Source of the DNA: Azolla caroliniana
Lineage: Eukaryota > Plantae > Polypodiophyta
Reading direction: 5' to 3'
DNA length: 64,000 bases
NCBI GenBank assembly: GCA_043228905.1
Contig: JBHGNT010000013.1
Span: 11,284,001 to 11,348,000 of the forward strand
The notes beneath the pieces are model-generated. The model was given only the letters and a program-made list of their open reading frames with translations, was not told the origin of the DNA and ran no database searches. Below are positions 1 to 13,104 of the stretch, piece by piece. A program made the position numbers and the translations under genes. Position 1 is the stretch's first letter, and each line of letters begins with the position of its first letter.

Positions 1-266
1 ACACTTCTGAGATGGTATGACAACCCCTAGAACTAGTCCACACAAATATATGTGGGCCAATGCCCGAAAGGTCACTCTCTAGCTCCCAATACTTCACCAC
101 ATTTGTGGATGACTGTACATGGAAAGTTTGGACCTATTAAATTACGTCAAAAGACGAAGTGCTTGAGGTCTTCACTCATTAGTTAGTTGAAGTGGAGAAT
201 CGGTCGACATATTGAATAAAGACACTTTGATTTGACAGTGGAGGTGAATACACCTCCCTAGCCTTT
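1..266 (+). mobile_element. Degenerate Ty1/copia integrase core fragment (related to the 14703-19846 family)
   Basis: Translates with stops as PLELVHTNICGPMPERSL..YFTTFVDDCT.KVWTY..DSGGEYTSLAFK, closely paralleling ORF 17486-17836; breaks off abruptly at ~266. Confidence 0.85.
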
Positions 267-446
267 AAACTACTACTACTTAGGAAGGAGACACATACAA
301 GATAATATGTTGGCTCAATCCCATAGGTGAGATCTAGCGTCATCATGAATGATAAAATATCTATTCTATGTGCTCCATTCTGTAAGAATCGTTAGTGATG
401 TAGGTGATGTTGTGGAGCGGAACTAAACTGTGTGTGCATAAGACAA

Positions 447-488
<42 letters not shown>

Positions 489-682
489 AGAGCTTTGAAC
501 AAAAAGGTATATTAGTAAAAATAGAATTACATCCAACAGTAACTAAGTTACCAAGAGTTGGTTTAAATACCAACTAGTCTAGGGCAAGTGCCCTTTCTAC
601 TAATTACAAAACTAATCTAGTATGATGTCCACTAGTTAGTGTGAACACTATTTCTATGGGAAGTTGAGTTCGATTCTCAACA
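267..682 (-). repeat. LTR-like repeat X, copy 1 (inverted relative to copy 2)
   Basis: 267-613 is the near-identical reverse complement of 1929-2261; the minus strand begins TGTTGAGA; contains (GA)n. Confidence 0.75.
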
Positions 683-1929
683 TGTCCCTTCGAACACAAC
701 TTCAAATATGTGTCTCCGATTCGGCTCCGGAAAACCTCAACTTGACGGTTTCCCCGATTCGGACATGTCAGTTGATGTGGATACCAGACGGTCTACATCC
801 GGGTATGCAATGACATATGCAGGGGGAGCTGTATCGTGGCAGTCGAGGCTGCAAAAGACGGTTGCATTGTCAACCACGGAGGCGGAGTACATGGCGGCTG
901 TGGAAGCTGGCAAGGAAATATTATGGATGAAGGACTTCATTGGAGAGCTCGGTATCCGGCAAGATGAATACCGGCTCTATTGCGACAGTCAAAGTGCCAT
1001 CCACCTTGCTAAGAATGCGGCCTACCATTCCCGGACGAAGCATATCCAGCGAAGGTATCACTGGATCCGGGAAAGAGTAGATGACCAAGAGTTCGCGCTG
1101 ACGAAGATCCACACAGCCGAGAACGGGTCAGATATGCTGACCAAAGTGCTAATACCTGACAAGCTAGATGCATGTAGGAAGCGGATCGGACTAGTAAGAC
1201 TGCCCATGCCGGAGTGAAGGGGGAGTTTGTTGGGAAACAGGTCCCTCCAGATGGGAAGGGAGAAGAGCAATGTTGATGAGCAAACTCGGCCGAGGCCGAA
1301 ACCGGATGAGAAGTACCCGGCTACGGAGAGCCGGATGGTGAAGACCCGGTGAGAACCGGATGAGGTGTACCCGGCTACGGAGAACCGGATGGTGCAGAAC
1401 CGGTGAGAACCGGAAGAGGAGTACCCGGCTACGGAGAGCCGGATGGTGAAGACCCGATGAGGAGTGCTCACCGGATGAAGAGACATATTCGTAAATATGT
1501 TTCTGAGAGTCCATCGAGGCTATATTTGTAAATAGCCGAAAAGTCATATTAGTATAAATATGACTTAGGGCAAACTTTTATTAGAGTCGTTGTCATTCTT
1601 GTTGGTGTAAGAAGAGAGTGTGTGTAACAGTGTACAGAGAGAGAGAGAGAGGAAGAGGTCGTTGCCTCCGTTGTAACCGCCGCCTGTGGCGAAGGTCGTG
1701 AGCGCGAGGTCGTTGCCTCCGTGAGCTCACTGTTGTAATCATTGTGATATAGTGATAGTTTGGAGTCTGTGGATTCCCATGGTTTTTCCCTCTCAGGGTT
1801 TTCCACGTTAAACATTCTGTGTACTTTTCTCTCCTTTGTGTTGTGTCTTCACCTTTCCCGTTTTTTGTGTATGATTCTAAGCTCGGTTGTGGCCGAGCGT
1901 TGCGCATAACGAGCGTTTAGTTCTCGTCA
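683..1929 (+). mobile_element. 3' end of Ty1/copia element: RT end/RNase H, PPT and 3' LTR (1228-1929)
   Basis: ORF 708-1217 has STSGY, VALSTTEAEY, LYCDSQSAIHLAKN and HSRTKHI; purine tract GAAGGGGGAG precedes TGTTGGG...GTCA; LTR matches the solo LTR at 10548-11414. Confidence 0.95.
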
Positions 1930-2266
1930 GTTTTGTAATTAGTAGAAAGGGCACTTGCCCTAGACTAGTTGGTATTTAAACCAACTCTTGGTAACTTAGT
2001 TACTGTTGGATGTAATTCTATTTTTACTAATATACCTTTTTGTTCAAAGCTCTTACTCTCTCTCTCTCTCTCTCTCTCTACTTGTCTTATGAACACACAG
2101 TTTAGTTCCGCTGCACAACATCACCTACATCACTAACGATTCTTACAGAATGGAACACATAGAATAGATATTTTATCATTCATGATGACGCTAGATCTCA
2201 CCTATGGGATTGAGCCAACATATTATCTTGTATGTGTCTCCTTCCTAAGTAGTAGTAGTTTGAACA
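1930..2266 (+). repeat. LTR-like repeat X, copy 2 (5'-interrupted by the copia LTR)
   Basis: Inverted copy of 267-613; ends ...GTTTGAACA. Confidence 0.75.
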
Positions 2267-3293
2267 TTCCACAATGATTCTTGAAGCTTTTCATTTTTTA
2301 TGTAGAGTTGTTGCAGTGTTGCAATCATTTGGATTAGGTTATTGGTGGACTTAAACATAGTAAGGTTTAAGGTGAAAGATGAAAAATTCGTCACAAATAG
2401 TTAGATCAGAGGAGAAAGGAGGCAAGAAATGTAAGAGAAAAAACAATATATTTAGAGAGAGAATGAATTGTAGTTATGGTTCCGCAATTGGTGTGGTTCA
2501 TTGATTGAGATCATGATGAACTATATTTATACTTGTTCCTTAGAAATACATGTAGGCAAAGCTAAACAAAGAATATTTTTAAAATAATTTTAAAGAATAA
2601 TCTAAAAATATGTGTGATGCTTTGTAAAAAAGGGTCCTAGTACACCCGGCCACCCCCTAGTGAAGGTGAGTGACGGATTCAAGTCCCTCGCCGATTTCCA
2701 ATACTGTGTATGGACATGGATCGTACTTTGGGTTTGAACAAGAACGAGGCACACATGTATAAAGCTAGATTTTTGCCACACTATCAGACTCTGTATTTCA
2801 AAACAATAAAGAAAAGAGATGCCCCTCCATGACGGTACCTAACCTTCATGAAGGCCTTTGTGTGTATTTCCCACTTGGTTGCTTTTTTATAAAAAAGTAG
2901 TTAGGTGATGAAACACTAAAGTTATCACTCACCATAGGATAGAGACCATTGTAGGTAACTCAATACTCACCCGTCATTGCTTATAAATTCGCCCACAATT
3001 GAATTATCATTAGAACCCTGACAGGAATATGCGGAATATTGCTCGGCCACAACCAAATCTTAGAATCAACCATAGAAAGATGGGAATAGGGAGAAATGCA
3101 CATACACACACATTTAATAGAGCAAGAGAGAGTACACAGGATGTTTGCATGGAAAACCCTAAACGGGAAAAACCACGGGAGCCCACTAGCTCCAAACTAT
3201 CAGTATGTCTAGAAGAATACAACAGGAGGAGCACAGAGTAAACGACCTCGTGCTCTCAATCTTCGCCAACAGGCGGTTACAACAGAGACTGTT

Positions 3294-3370
<77 letters not shown>

Positions 3371-4733
3371 ACGCTCTGTATAGCTGTTACACCAAAAAAA
3401 TGACCAACCACACAATCGTGTTTGCCCTAGATCATATTTATACTAATATGACTTTCGGGCTATTTACAGATATAGCCGCAATGGGCTAACAAAAAAACAT
3501 ATTTACATCTATGTCCCTTCATCCGGTGAGAGGTTCTCACTGGGCCTGCGTCCTCCGGTTCTCACCGGGTCTTCCTTGCCAGGTACTCATATCCCATCCG
3601 GAGGGACTGAAATCCTAACAAACTCCCCCTTCACTCCGGCATGGGATGTTTGGTTAGTCCAATTCGCTTCCAGCATGCGTCCAGCTTGTCGGGCGTCAAC
3701 ACCTTGGTCAGCATATCTGACCCATTCTCCTCTGTGTGGATCTTCGTCAACACAAACTCTCGATCTTCAACTTGTTCCCAGATCCAGTAGAGCCGATATT
3801 CCTCTTTGCAAGGTGGATGACCAAAAAAATGGTACACCTTGCAAAGAACGTGGCTCTACCTGCGCTGGATGTGCTTCGTTCTGGAATGGTATGTCGCGTT
3901 CTTTGCAAGGTGGATGACACTTTGACTGTCACAGTAGAGCCGATATTCCTCTTGTCGAATCCCTAGCTCTCCGATGAAGTCTTTCATCCATAATATTTCC
4001 TTGCCGCCTTCCACAGCCACCATGTACTCCGCTTCCATGGTTGACAACGCAACCATCTTCTGCAGCCTCGCCTGCCACGAGACAACTCCCCTGCATATGT
4101 CATAACATATCCCGATGTTGACTGGTTGGTATCCACATCAGCCGACATATCCAAATCTGTGAAACCGTCAAGTTGGGTTTTATCGGAGCCGAATCGAAGA
4201 CACATACTTGAGGTGCCTTTCAAGTACCGGAGTATCCATTTTACCGCATTCTAGTGCTCCTTTCCGGGATTGCTCATTAACCGGCTCACCACTCCGACTA
4301 CATATCCGATATCCGGTCAGGTACACACCATTGCGTACATTAAGCTTCCGACAGCAGAGGCATATGGTATCTTCATCATATTTGCCTTCTCTGCCTTCGT
4401 CTTCGGGCTTTGCTTACCGGATAGCTTGCAGTTTGCCGGAAGTGTCGATCCGACCGGTTTCACGTCCGACATGTTGAACCGCTAAAGCACCTTTGTCACG
4501 TACTTTTCCTGTGACAGCCACAATAGCTTCTTCGACTGGTCCTGGATGATGTGCATCCCCAGTATCTGTCTTGCCGGACCCAAGTATTTCATTGAGAAGG
4601 TCCAGTTCAGAGCCTTCTTCAGCATTTGTATCTTGACTTGGTCTCGTCTGACGATCAACATGTCATCCACATACAGGACGAGTATCAGGAAGTCTCCACC
4701 TTTGAACTTCTTCACAAATACGCAGTAACCGGC

Positions 4734-6737
4734 AAGCCTTCTCATCCCCTTCTCGCTCATGTGACACAGTCTCTTGTGTCACAACTCACCGGCAATGTCG
4801 GATGCCACGTTCACTTCTTCCGGGCATAACCAGGCATTCATCAGGTACAGTGTGTTGACCTTCTAGGCCCGAGCCAATATCAAGCTCCCATTGATGAACT
4901 TCATGACACCGTTCCGGATGCTACCCATGTAGCCTTCATCATCCAACCGACTGGCTAATATCAAGTTCAGTTGAACCTCCAGAACGTGTCGAACATCCTT
5001 CAACAGCAACTTGCATCCGGTTGGTATTGTCAACCACACGTCTCCTATGCCGACAATTCGGCATGTACCTTCATTCCCCATCTAGACACAACCGTGCTCA
5101 CCGGCTGTGTAGGATGAGAAGCATTTCCGGTCCGAGGTCAGGTGGAACGACGCTCTGGAATCGACAACCCACATTGTCTCGTCGCCGGCAAGGTTCAACT
5201 CACTCTCCTCGGTGATGAGCATCAACTCTTCTTCACTTGCCGCGATTGCCGTCGTTACCTTCCGGTCCGGTCCTCTCCAGTCTTTACCATTTCGGTCCGG
5301 TGATTGCTTCGAATCGGTACTGTTGGTCTCGTTGTCTTTTCGGAAATGCCAACAGTTCTTCTGGAAGTGCCCCAGCTTCCCACAGTAGAGGCAAATGGGC
5401 CTTCCCCTTGACTTTGACCATGTCCCCAACTTTTCCAGGTTCTGGGGACTCCGGTTCCTTTGTCTTCCGTGTTCCGATCGGTAAGGAGCGCTTTGGAGTC
5501 GTAGCTCATATCCTTGTCTTTCTGACGCGCCTCCTCATCTAGCAAGCTCGACTTGACTCTTGCTAGGGCTAACTGTTTTCCTTCTGGCCCGGAGTTGCCG
5601 AAAGTGAAAACTAACGTCTCCCAACTATCTGGGAGGGAACCGAGCAGGAGTAGAGCAAGTACCTCATCGGTGAGAGGTACTTCCAACGAGGTTTCCTGGT
5701 GAATCAGCCCCTAGAAGACATTCATGTGCTCCGCCATACTAGAGCCATCTTGGTACCAAAGCCGCAGTAGCTTCCGGAATACCGAAACCTGATTAACGAC
5801 ATTTTTGTTCTGAAACATAATGTTGATCTTCTCCCAGAGCTCATGAGCCTTGCTCTCTTCATTGAAGTTGTTGTACAGGCTCATGCCGATGAAACACCGT
5901 ATGTACGCCGTTGTCTTCATGTGCATCACCTCCCATATCGTGGCATCGATCTTGTCCGGTCTCTTGTCCCCGTGCTGAACCGGCAACCAAAGATCTTTAA
6001 CCACGAGCATGTCCCTCATCTTCGACCTCCACACTGAGTAGTTGGAGCCGGTGAGCTTGAACATGCCTCCCAACGAATCTTCCATTTTTTCGTGTTGTTT
6101 CGCTCTGATACCAATTGATAGGAATATGCGGAATATTACTCAGCCACAACCGAGTCTTAGGATCAGCCACAGAAAGATGGGAATAGGAAGAAATGCACGA
6201 ATGCACGTATACACACGATCAATAGAGCAAGAGAGAGTGTACACAGTATGTTAACGTGGAAAACCCTAAATGGGAAAAACCACAGGAGCCCATGGACTCC
6301 AAACTATCACTATGTAAGGAGAATACAACAAGGGAGCACAGAGGCAACAACCTCATGCTCATAGTCTTTGCTTGGCGGTGGTTATAACAGAGAATCACTA
6401 TGTATCTCTCTCTCTCTCTCTCTCCTACGCTCTTACTCTCTGTACAGCAGTTACACCAATAACTCTATACACAATAATAACAACTCAATGATCTGCAACT
6501 ACGAACCTCTGTTTTCCCTAGGTCATATTTATACTAATATGACTTTCGGGCTATTTATAGATATAGCCGTAATGGGCTAACAAAAAAACATATTTACATC
6601 TATGTCCCTTCATCCGGTGAGAGGTTCTCACCGAGCCTGCGTCATCCGGTTCTCACCAGGTCTTCCTTGCCGAGTACTCATCGTCCGGTTCTCACCGGGC
6701 CCTCATCATCCCATCTGGAGGGACCGAAATCCTAACA
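4734..6737 (-). mobile_element. Inner copia element of the same family: 5' LTR (6116-6737), PBS, gag, protease; rest deleted
   Basis: PBS CGCTCTGATACCA at 6101-6113; gag MEDSLGGMFKLTGSNY; CLYCGKLGHF knuckle; its LTR interrupts the outer RT right after QGYHKT. Confidence 0.85.
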
Positions 6738-7611
6738 GTCTTGTGGTACCCTTGATCGGTCATGAAGGAGTCAAACTTCCGGTACCATTGCCGGGGAGCC
6801 TGTTTCAAACCGTAGAGGCTCTTCTTCAACCGGCAAACCAGGTCCTCCTTCCCTTTCTTCACAAATCCCTCCGGTTGTTGCATGTAGATCTCCTCTTCGA
6901 GGTTGCCATGTAGGAATGTCATCTTCATGTCTAATTGCTCTACCTCGAGGTCCATGCTTGCCGCTATGCTCAGCACTGTCTGCATGGAAGTAATCTTTAC
7001 TACCGGGACAAATATCTCGTCGAAGTCCACGCCCTTCTTCTGCTGGAACCCCTTCACCACAATCCTGACTTTGTATCTCGGGGGGTTACCGGCATCTCCA
7101 CCAGTTCATACGTGTGGTTCTCATGCATGGAATCCATCTCGTCTTCAATGGCAGTCAACCACTTGCGGTTGTGGGTGTCCTCCTTTGCTTTTTCGAAGCT
7201 TTCCGACTCCCCCTCATCGGTTAGCAGCACGCGCTCTGCATCTGGAAATCTCCGGGGGGGCCTTCTCTCTCTGAGAGGATATCTCCGTCTTTGTCTTTTG
7301 GCAACCGGCTCCTCTGTTTGTTCTTCATCCGAATCTGATTTGGGGTCTTGGTCGGTTCCGGTTTCAGCTTCTTCTTTTTCTTCTTCTGCCGGTTCGGTAT
7401 CCTCACCGTAACCGATCGGTTCTTCGAGTGTCAACCGGCTCTTAGCCGGGTAGGTCCGAATCTCATCGAACCGATCCTTACCAGTCAACTCGGAGTTTAT
7501 TATCTTCTTCCCCGACTCCCAATCGGCAAAGGTCTTGTCCTCCATGAAGATAATATCTCGACTCCTGAAAACCTTCTTGTCAACCGGATCCCACACTTGG
7601 TAGCCGAACTC

Positions 7612-8798
7612 TTGCACTAGCTTTAGCGAGAAAGGAGAGATTGAAATAAGATAGAACACTTGACTTTAGATTGAGAGAGATTAAGATTGATACTCTTGAC
7701 TTTAGATTTGAAGAACAAGATTAATACATCAATTGGATAACGAATTTTCTTCTTAATATTAATTTTGATATAAAGTACAAAGCTCCCTTTGATCTTTTTC
7801 ATCCACCCTTTTATAGATGCTCCCATGCATATGATGCATGTGAGGGTACAAGACATGCATACAATGCATGGAATGCATGTGATGCATGTTTGCCATTTGG
7901 CGCTCATGCATCACATGTCACTCAATCAAGCTCTAATATGAGAATTTACATGTAAAGCTATAATAAAAATATAATCCTTAAAGAAATGATGTGGCTTAAT
8001 GGTAAACCTATTGTTTCTTATCTTGGAGGAGCAAAGTTCGATTCTTGCTTACATCTTTTTCTTTTATGCACAAAATACTATTAGGTTCTTGGACCAAATA
8101 TCTTTAAGACACCATGCACCGCAATCAACTGACCTGACCGACTCGTCCAATTTGCATCTATTTGGTTCGGCCCGGTCCACATCCTGATCCGGTTCGGTCC
8201 GCATCCCGAGTTGCTTGCCGGTAACCGGTCGGTCGCTTCTTGCCGGTCGCCGGTTGCCGTCGGTTTTGGTTGGCCAAAAACTTTTACAACTCGCTTGCTA
8301 GTAACTGGCCGGTCACTGCTTACCGGTCGCCGGTTTTGGTTGGCCAAAAACTTTTACAAGTCGCTTGCCGATAACCGACCAGTCGCTACTTGTCGGTCGT
8401 CGGACTTTTACAAGTAGCTAAGCCATACCCACTCATCCAATTAGCTTAGTTCAAGTCACCTTGAACTCTCTATGCTCCACACATAAACACAAAGATAATA
8501 ACTTTTGCTCTGCCTTATATATGGTGAGATCCTTATTTGTCCTATCTATGTCAGATATCTCACAGTTTTATCTTTCTCTTTTCCTTTGCAAACCTCCTAC
8601 CCACATAACTTGAGACCTAGATGTCTGTTTCTTATGTAATAAAGTGTATTCGAAAGCTCTTGAAGACCTCCATCTTTTTGTACTAAGATATTAAACTTAT
8701 TTAAAATAGTATTTTCACTATTATTATTTTATATCATTCATACTCGATTCCGTATATTTTATGCGATTTTCACACCATTGCCGAAAATCTTCACGACA
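7612..8798. mobile_element. LTR-like insertion of a different family inside the outer integrase, with adjacent host deletion
   Basis: Non-coding block with TG...CA ends; internal tandem CGGTTTTGGTTGGCCAAAAACTTTTACAA repeats; integrase stops at ..PLDRDT and resumes at EFGYQVWD; no TSD found. Confidence 0.6.
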
Positions 8799-10547
8799 GC
8801 GTGTCTCTGTCCAAGGGCACTGAGGGTGATCTGTTTATCACGTACGTCGTTGTCGCCAACGCCTCAGCCCAAAACATCTTGGGTAACCTTGCATGTGCCA
8901 GCATACTCCGGACCCTCTCCATTATGGTCCGGTTCATCCTCTTGGCCAGCCCGTTTAGTTCCAGTGTCTTCGGCATGGTAAATTTAAGTCGTATTCCCTT
9001 CGAGCAGCAGTACTCCTCAAACTGGCCCCAGTATTCGCCTCCGTTATCTGCTCGAACCGCCTTCAACTTTCGGTCAGTTTCTCTTTCCACTCTTGCGTGG
9101 AGCTCCTTGAAGACGAATATAACATGATCCTTCGTCTTCAACGGTGTGGCCCACAACTTCCGGTTGTGGTCATCTATGAACGTCACGAAGTACTGCAATC
9201 CGGCATGTGACTTCGTGTCCACATGACACACATTGGTATGCACCAGCTCCAGTGGTGCATTACGTCTCATCGGTGGCCTTGAGGGGAAGGAGGTCCGGTT
9301 TTGCTTACCGGCCAGGCAGTCGGTGCACTCCTCAAGATGCACGTCTTCCACCGGAATGAGGCTGTCATTGGCAAGCCTCTTCATCCCCTTCTCGCTCATG
9401 TGACACAGTCTCTTGTACCACAGCTCACCGGCACTGTCGGATGCTACGTTCACTTCTTCCTGGCATAACTGGGCATTCATTAGGTACAGTGTGTTGACTT
9501 TCCGGGCCCGAGCCATTATTAGGCTCCCTTTGCTAAACTTCATGGCTCCGTTCCGGATGCTACCCGTGTAGCCTTCATCATCTAGCCGACCGGCTGATAT
9601 CAGGTTCAGTCGAACCTCCGGAACCTGTCGGATATCCTTCAACAACAACTTGCATCCAGTTGATGTTGTCGACAACACATCTCCTATGCCGATAATTCGG
9701 CATGTCCCTTCATTCCCCATCCAGACACAGTCGTGCTCACCGGTTGTGTAGGATGAGAAGCATTTCCGGTCTAGGGTAAGGTGAAACAACGCTCCGGAGT
9801 CGACAACCCATGGTGTCTCGTCGACGACAAGGTTCAACTCACTCTCCTCAGTGATGAGCATCAACTCCTCTTCACTTGCCGCGATTGCCGTCATTCCCTT
9901 TCGGTCCGGTCCTCGCCAGTCAGAACCGTTTCGGTCCGGTGACTTCTTCGAATCGGTACTGCCGGTTCCCTTGTCTTTCTGGAAATGACGACAGTTCTTC
10001 TGGAACTGCCTCAGCTTCCCACAATAGAAGCAAGTGGGCCTCCCCCCTTGACTTTGACCGTGTCCCCTACTTTTCTCGGTTCTGGGGACTCCAATTCCTT
10101 TGTCTTTCGCGTTCCGATTCGGTAAGGAGCGTTTTGAATTCGGAGCTTGTATCCTTGTCTTTTCGACCCGCCTCCTCATCTAGCAAGCTCAACTTGACTC
10201 TTGCTAGGGATAACTATTTTCCTTCTGGCCCGGCATTGCCCAAAGTGACAACTAACGTCTCCCAACTGTCCGGGAGGGAACCGAGTAGGAGTAGAGCAAA
10301 TACCTCATCGGCGAGAGGTACTTCCAACGAGGTTGCCTGGTGAATCAGCCCCTAGAGGGCATTCATGTGCTCCGCTATACTGGAGCCATCTTGGTACCGA
10401 AGCCGCACTAGCTTCCGGAATACCGAAACCCGATTAACGGCATTCTTGTTCTGGAACATAATGCCGATCTTCTCCCAGAGCTCATGAGCCTTACTCTCCT
10501 CATTAAAGTTGTTGTACAGGCTCATGTTGATGAAACACCGTATGTAC

Positions 10548-11414
10548 TGACAGGAACTACACGTCCCCTTATGCACAATGCTCGGCCACAACCGAGCTTA
10601 GAATCATACACAGAAAACGGGAATGAATGCACGACACAGTGAAGAGTAGAGTACACAGGATGTTTACGTGGAAAACCCAAACTAGGGAAAAACCATGCCA
10701 GCCCACAAGCTGCAAACTATCACTATGTTACAGTGTACAACAGTAAAGCACCAAGGCAACAACCTCGAGCTTTCTATCTTCGCCACAAGCGACGGTTACA
10801 ATAGAGGCAACGACCTCTTCCTCTCTCTCTCTCTCTCTGTACACAGTTACGCGCTCTAATCTTGCACAAAACAAGAAATGACAACAACTACTACATCTCA
10901 CACAATAAGTTTGCCCTAAGTCATATTTATACTAATATGACTTTTCGGCTATTTACAAATATAGCCTTGATGGACTCTCAGAAACATATTTACGAATATG
11001 TCTCTTCATCCGGTGAGCACTCCTCATCGGGCCTGCATCATCCGGCGCTTGCCGGGTACTCGTCATCCGGTTCTCACCATGTCTTCCATTTCCGGGTACT
11101 CCTCATCCGGTTCTCACCGGGTCTGCACCATCCGGCTCTCCGTAGCCGGGTTCTCCTCATCCGGTTCTCACCGGGTCTGCACCATCCGGCTCTCCGTAGC
11201 CGGGTTCTCCTCATCCAGTTCTCACCGGGTCTGGACCATCCGGCTCTCCGTAGCCGGGTACTCCTCATCCGGTTCTCACCGGGTCTACACCATCCGGCTC
11301 TCCGTAGCCAGGTACTCGTCATCCCGTTTCGGCCGACGCCTATTGGCCTCGCCCGAGTTTGCTCATCAGCACTATTCTTCTCCCTTCCCATCCGGAGGGA
11401 CCTGTCTCCCAACA
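10548..11414 (-). mobile_element. Solo LTR inserted in copia gag
   Basis: TG...CA ends flanked by a perfect 5-bp TSD TGTAC (10543-10547 and 11415-11419); contains a 54-bp tandem array. Confidence 0.95.
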
Positions 11415-11903
11415 TGTACACCGTTGTCTTCATGTGCATCACCTCCCATATCGTGGCATCAAACTTGTCCAGTCTCTTGTCCCCGAGCTGAACCGGCAAT
11501 CAAAGATCTTTAACCACGAGCATGTCCCTCATCTTCGACTTCCACACTGAGTAGTTGGAGCTGGTGAGCTTGAACATGCCGCCAAATGAATCTTCCATTT
11601 TCTGTGTTGTTTTGCTCTGATACCAGATTGACAGGAATATGCGGAATATTGCTCGGCCACAACTGAGTGTTAGAATCAACCACAGAAAGATGGGAATAGG
11701 GAGAAATGCATGTATATACACATTTAATAGAGCAAGAGAGGGTACACAGGATGTTTACGTGGAAAACCCTAAACGGGAAAAACCACAGGAGCCCACTAGC
11801 TCCAAACTATTAGTATGTCTAGAAGAATACAATAGGAGGAGCACAGAGGCAACGATCTCGTGCTCTCAATCTTCACCAACAGGCGGTTATAATAGAGATT
11901 GTT

Positions 11904-11946
<43 letters not shown>

Positions 11947-11949
11947 GAT

Positions 11950-13050
11950 TCGTTACTTCACCCATTGAAAAACATTCATCGAGGCACGTGGTTGAAAACC
12001 ATACATCGACATAAAAGAACTACACCCAATATATGTATGTCTAGAGTTGTATGCAAACTCCAAAATAAGAAGATATTGTTCTCATTTAGTAGGTTTCTTA
12101 GCAACATATCCTCAATGATCTAATTAACTCGTTCTGTTTTTCTATCAAACTAGGGGTGGTTTATGGAACTCGTGCTCAAAGTATTTTCTAGTTTCTTAAA
12201 GACTTGTGTCCAAAAGTCACTAGTAAACTTAATATCTCTATCACCCATTATATCCATCAATAACCCATAAAATCGGAATAGCTCATTGACAAATTGGTAA
12301 GACAGCTCCTGAGTTGTCACAATGGATTTGTTGGAATGAATCTAGCCATTGTCGTTAATATATCAACAACCACCTAAATGGCATCATGACCTTTGGAGTG
12401 TGTGGTAAACTAACAATGAAATCCATTGATATACATTCCCACTTATTATTAGGAATATCCAAAGAATGTCAAAGACCTACAATCTTGTTAACTTGAAATG
12501 TTTGACATTTAATCACATAATCTTCAACCTCAAGACACATTTTATGCAAAAAAATTGAGTAGAGATAAGAACAAGTGTACACTATATCCCAAGATGCCTT
12601 GTTGAGGGTGCATCATGACATTCAAAAAGAATTTTCTATTTTACCTCTGGAAAATTAGGGACACAAAACTTTCCATTAAGTAGAGCATAGCATTAGCAAT
12701 GTAAAAAGTTCTTTTCAAGGATGATGTGTTTATGGGATGTGTGTGAGATTCAACTCTATCCCAAAATTTTCTAAACTAACTACCATCAAGGTACTTTTCT
12801 TGAAGTTGTTCAAATCAATTAGATTTAATTTCAGTAAACTTATGCATGTTAAATTCATGAAAATGCCTCAATGCATCACCAACTATGTTCATGGATCCTT
12901 AATGATATCCTATAGAAAGTTGAAGTCTTGAATGAGTTTTTCCAATAATATCATATGACCTTTCACGTCTTGTTGGTCACAAAAATATTTCGAAGCTAGT
13001 GGTTCGACATTACAACAAATCGGTTTCCATGACTTAAGTGCATGTATGAC
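11950..13050 (-). mobile_element. Degenerate Ty3/gypsy RNase H-integrase remnant
   Basis: Minus-strand translation DIPNNKWECISMDFIVSLPHTPKGHDAI*VVVD near 12330-12465. Confidence 0.8.
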
Positions 13051-13104
13051 TACAATTTCAAACTCATCATTGTTCTTTCATTTATTCTCAAGAGTATACA
13101 TATA

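Larger units (their letters stand above)
3019..11943 (-). mobile_element. Outer Ty1/copia element with nested insertions (3' LTR 3019-3620; truncated 5' LTR 11629-~11943)
   Basis: tRNA-Met PBS (GCTCTGATACCA, 11614-11625); gag (UBN2, CFYCGKLRQF knuckle), protease WVVDSGA and integrase in 8791-10591; RT pieces 6738-7060 and 4482-4733 (YVDD); RNase H 3631-4223; PPT at 3623-3632; the 3019 and 11629 LTRs align closely. Confidence 0.9.

Noticed and set aside
10862-11513. Long repetitive ORFs (PALRSRVLLIRFSPGLHH)n, also at 1058-1547
   Set aside because: By-product of the 54-bp LTR array, which is open in several frames
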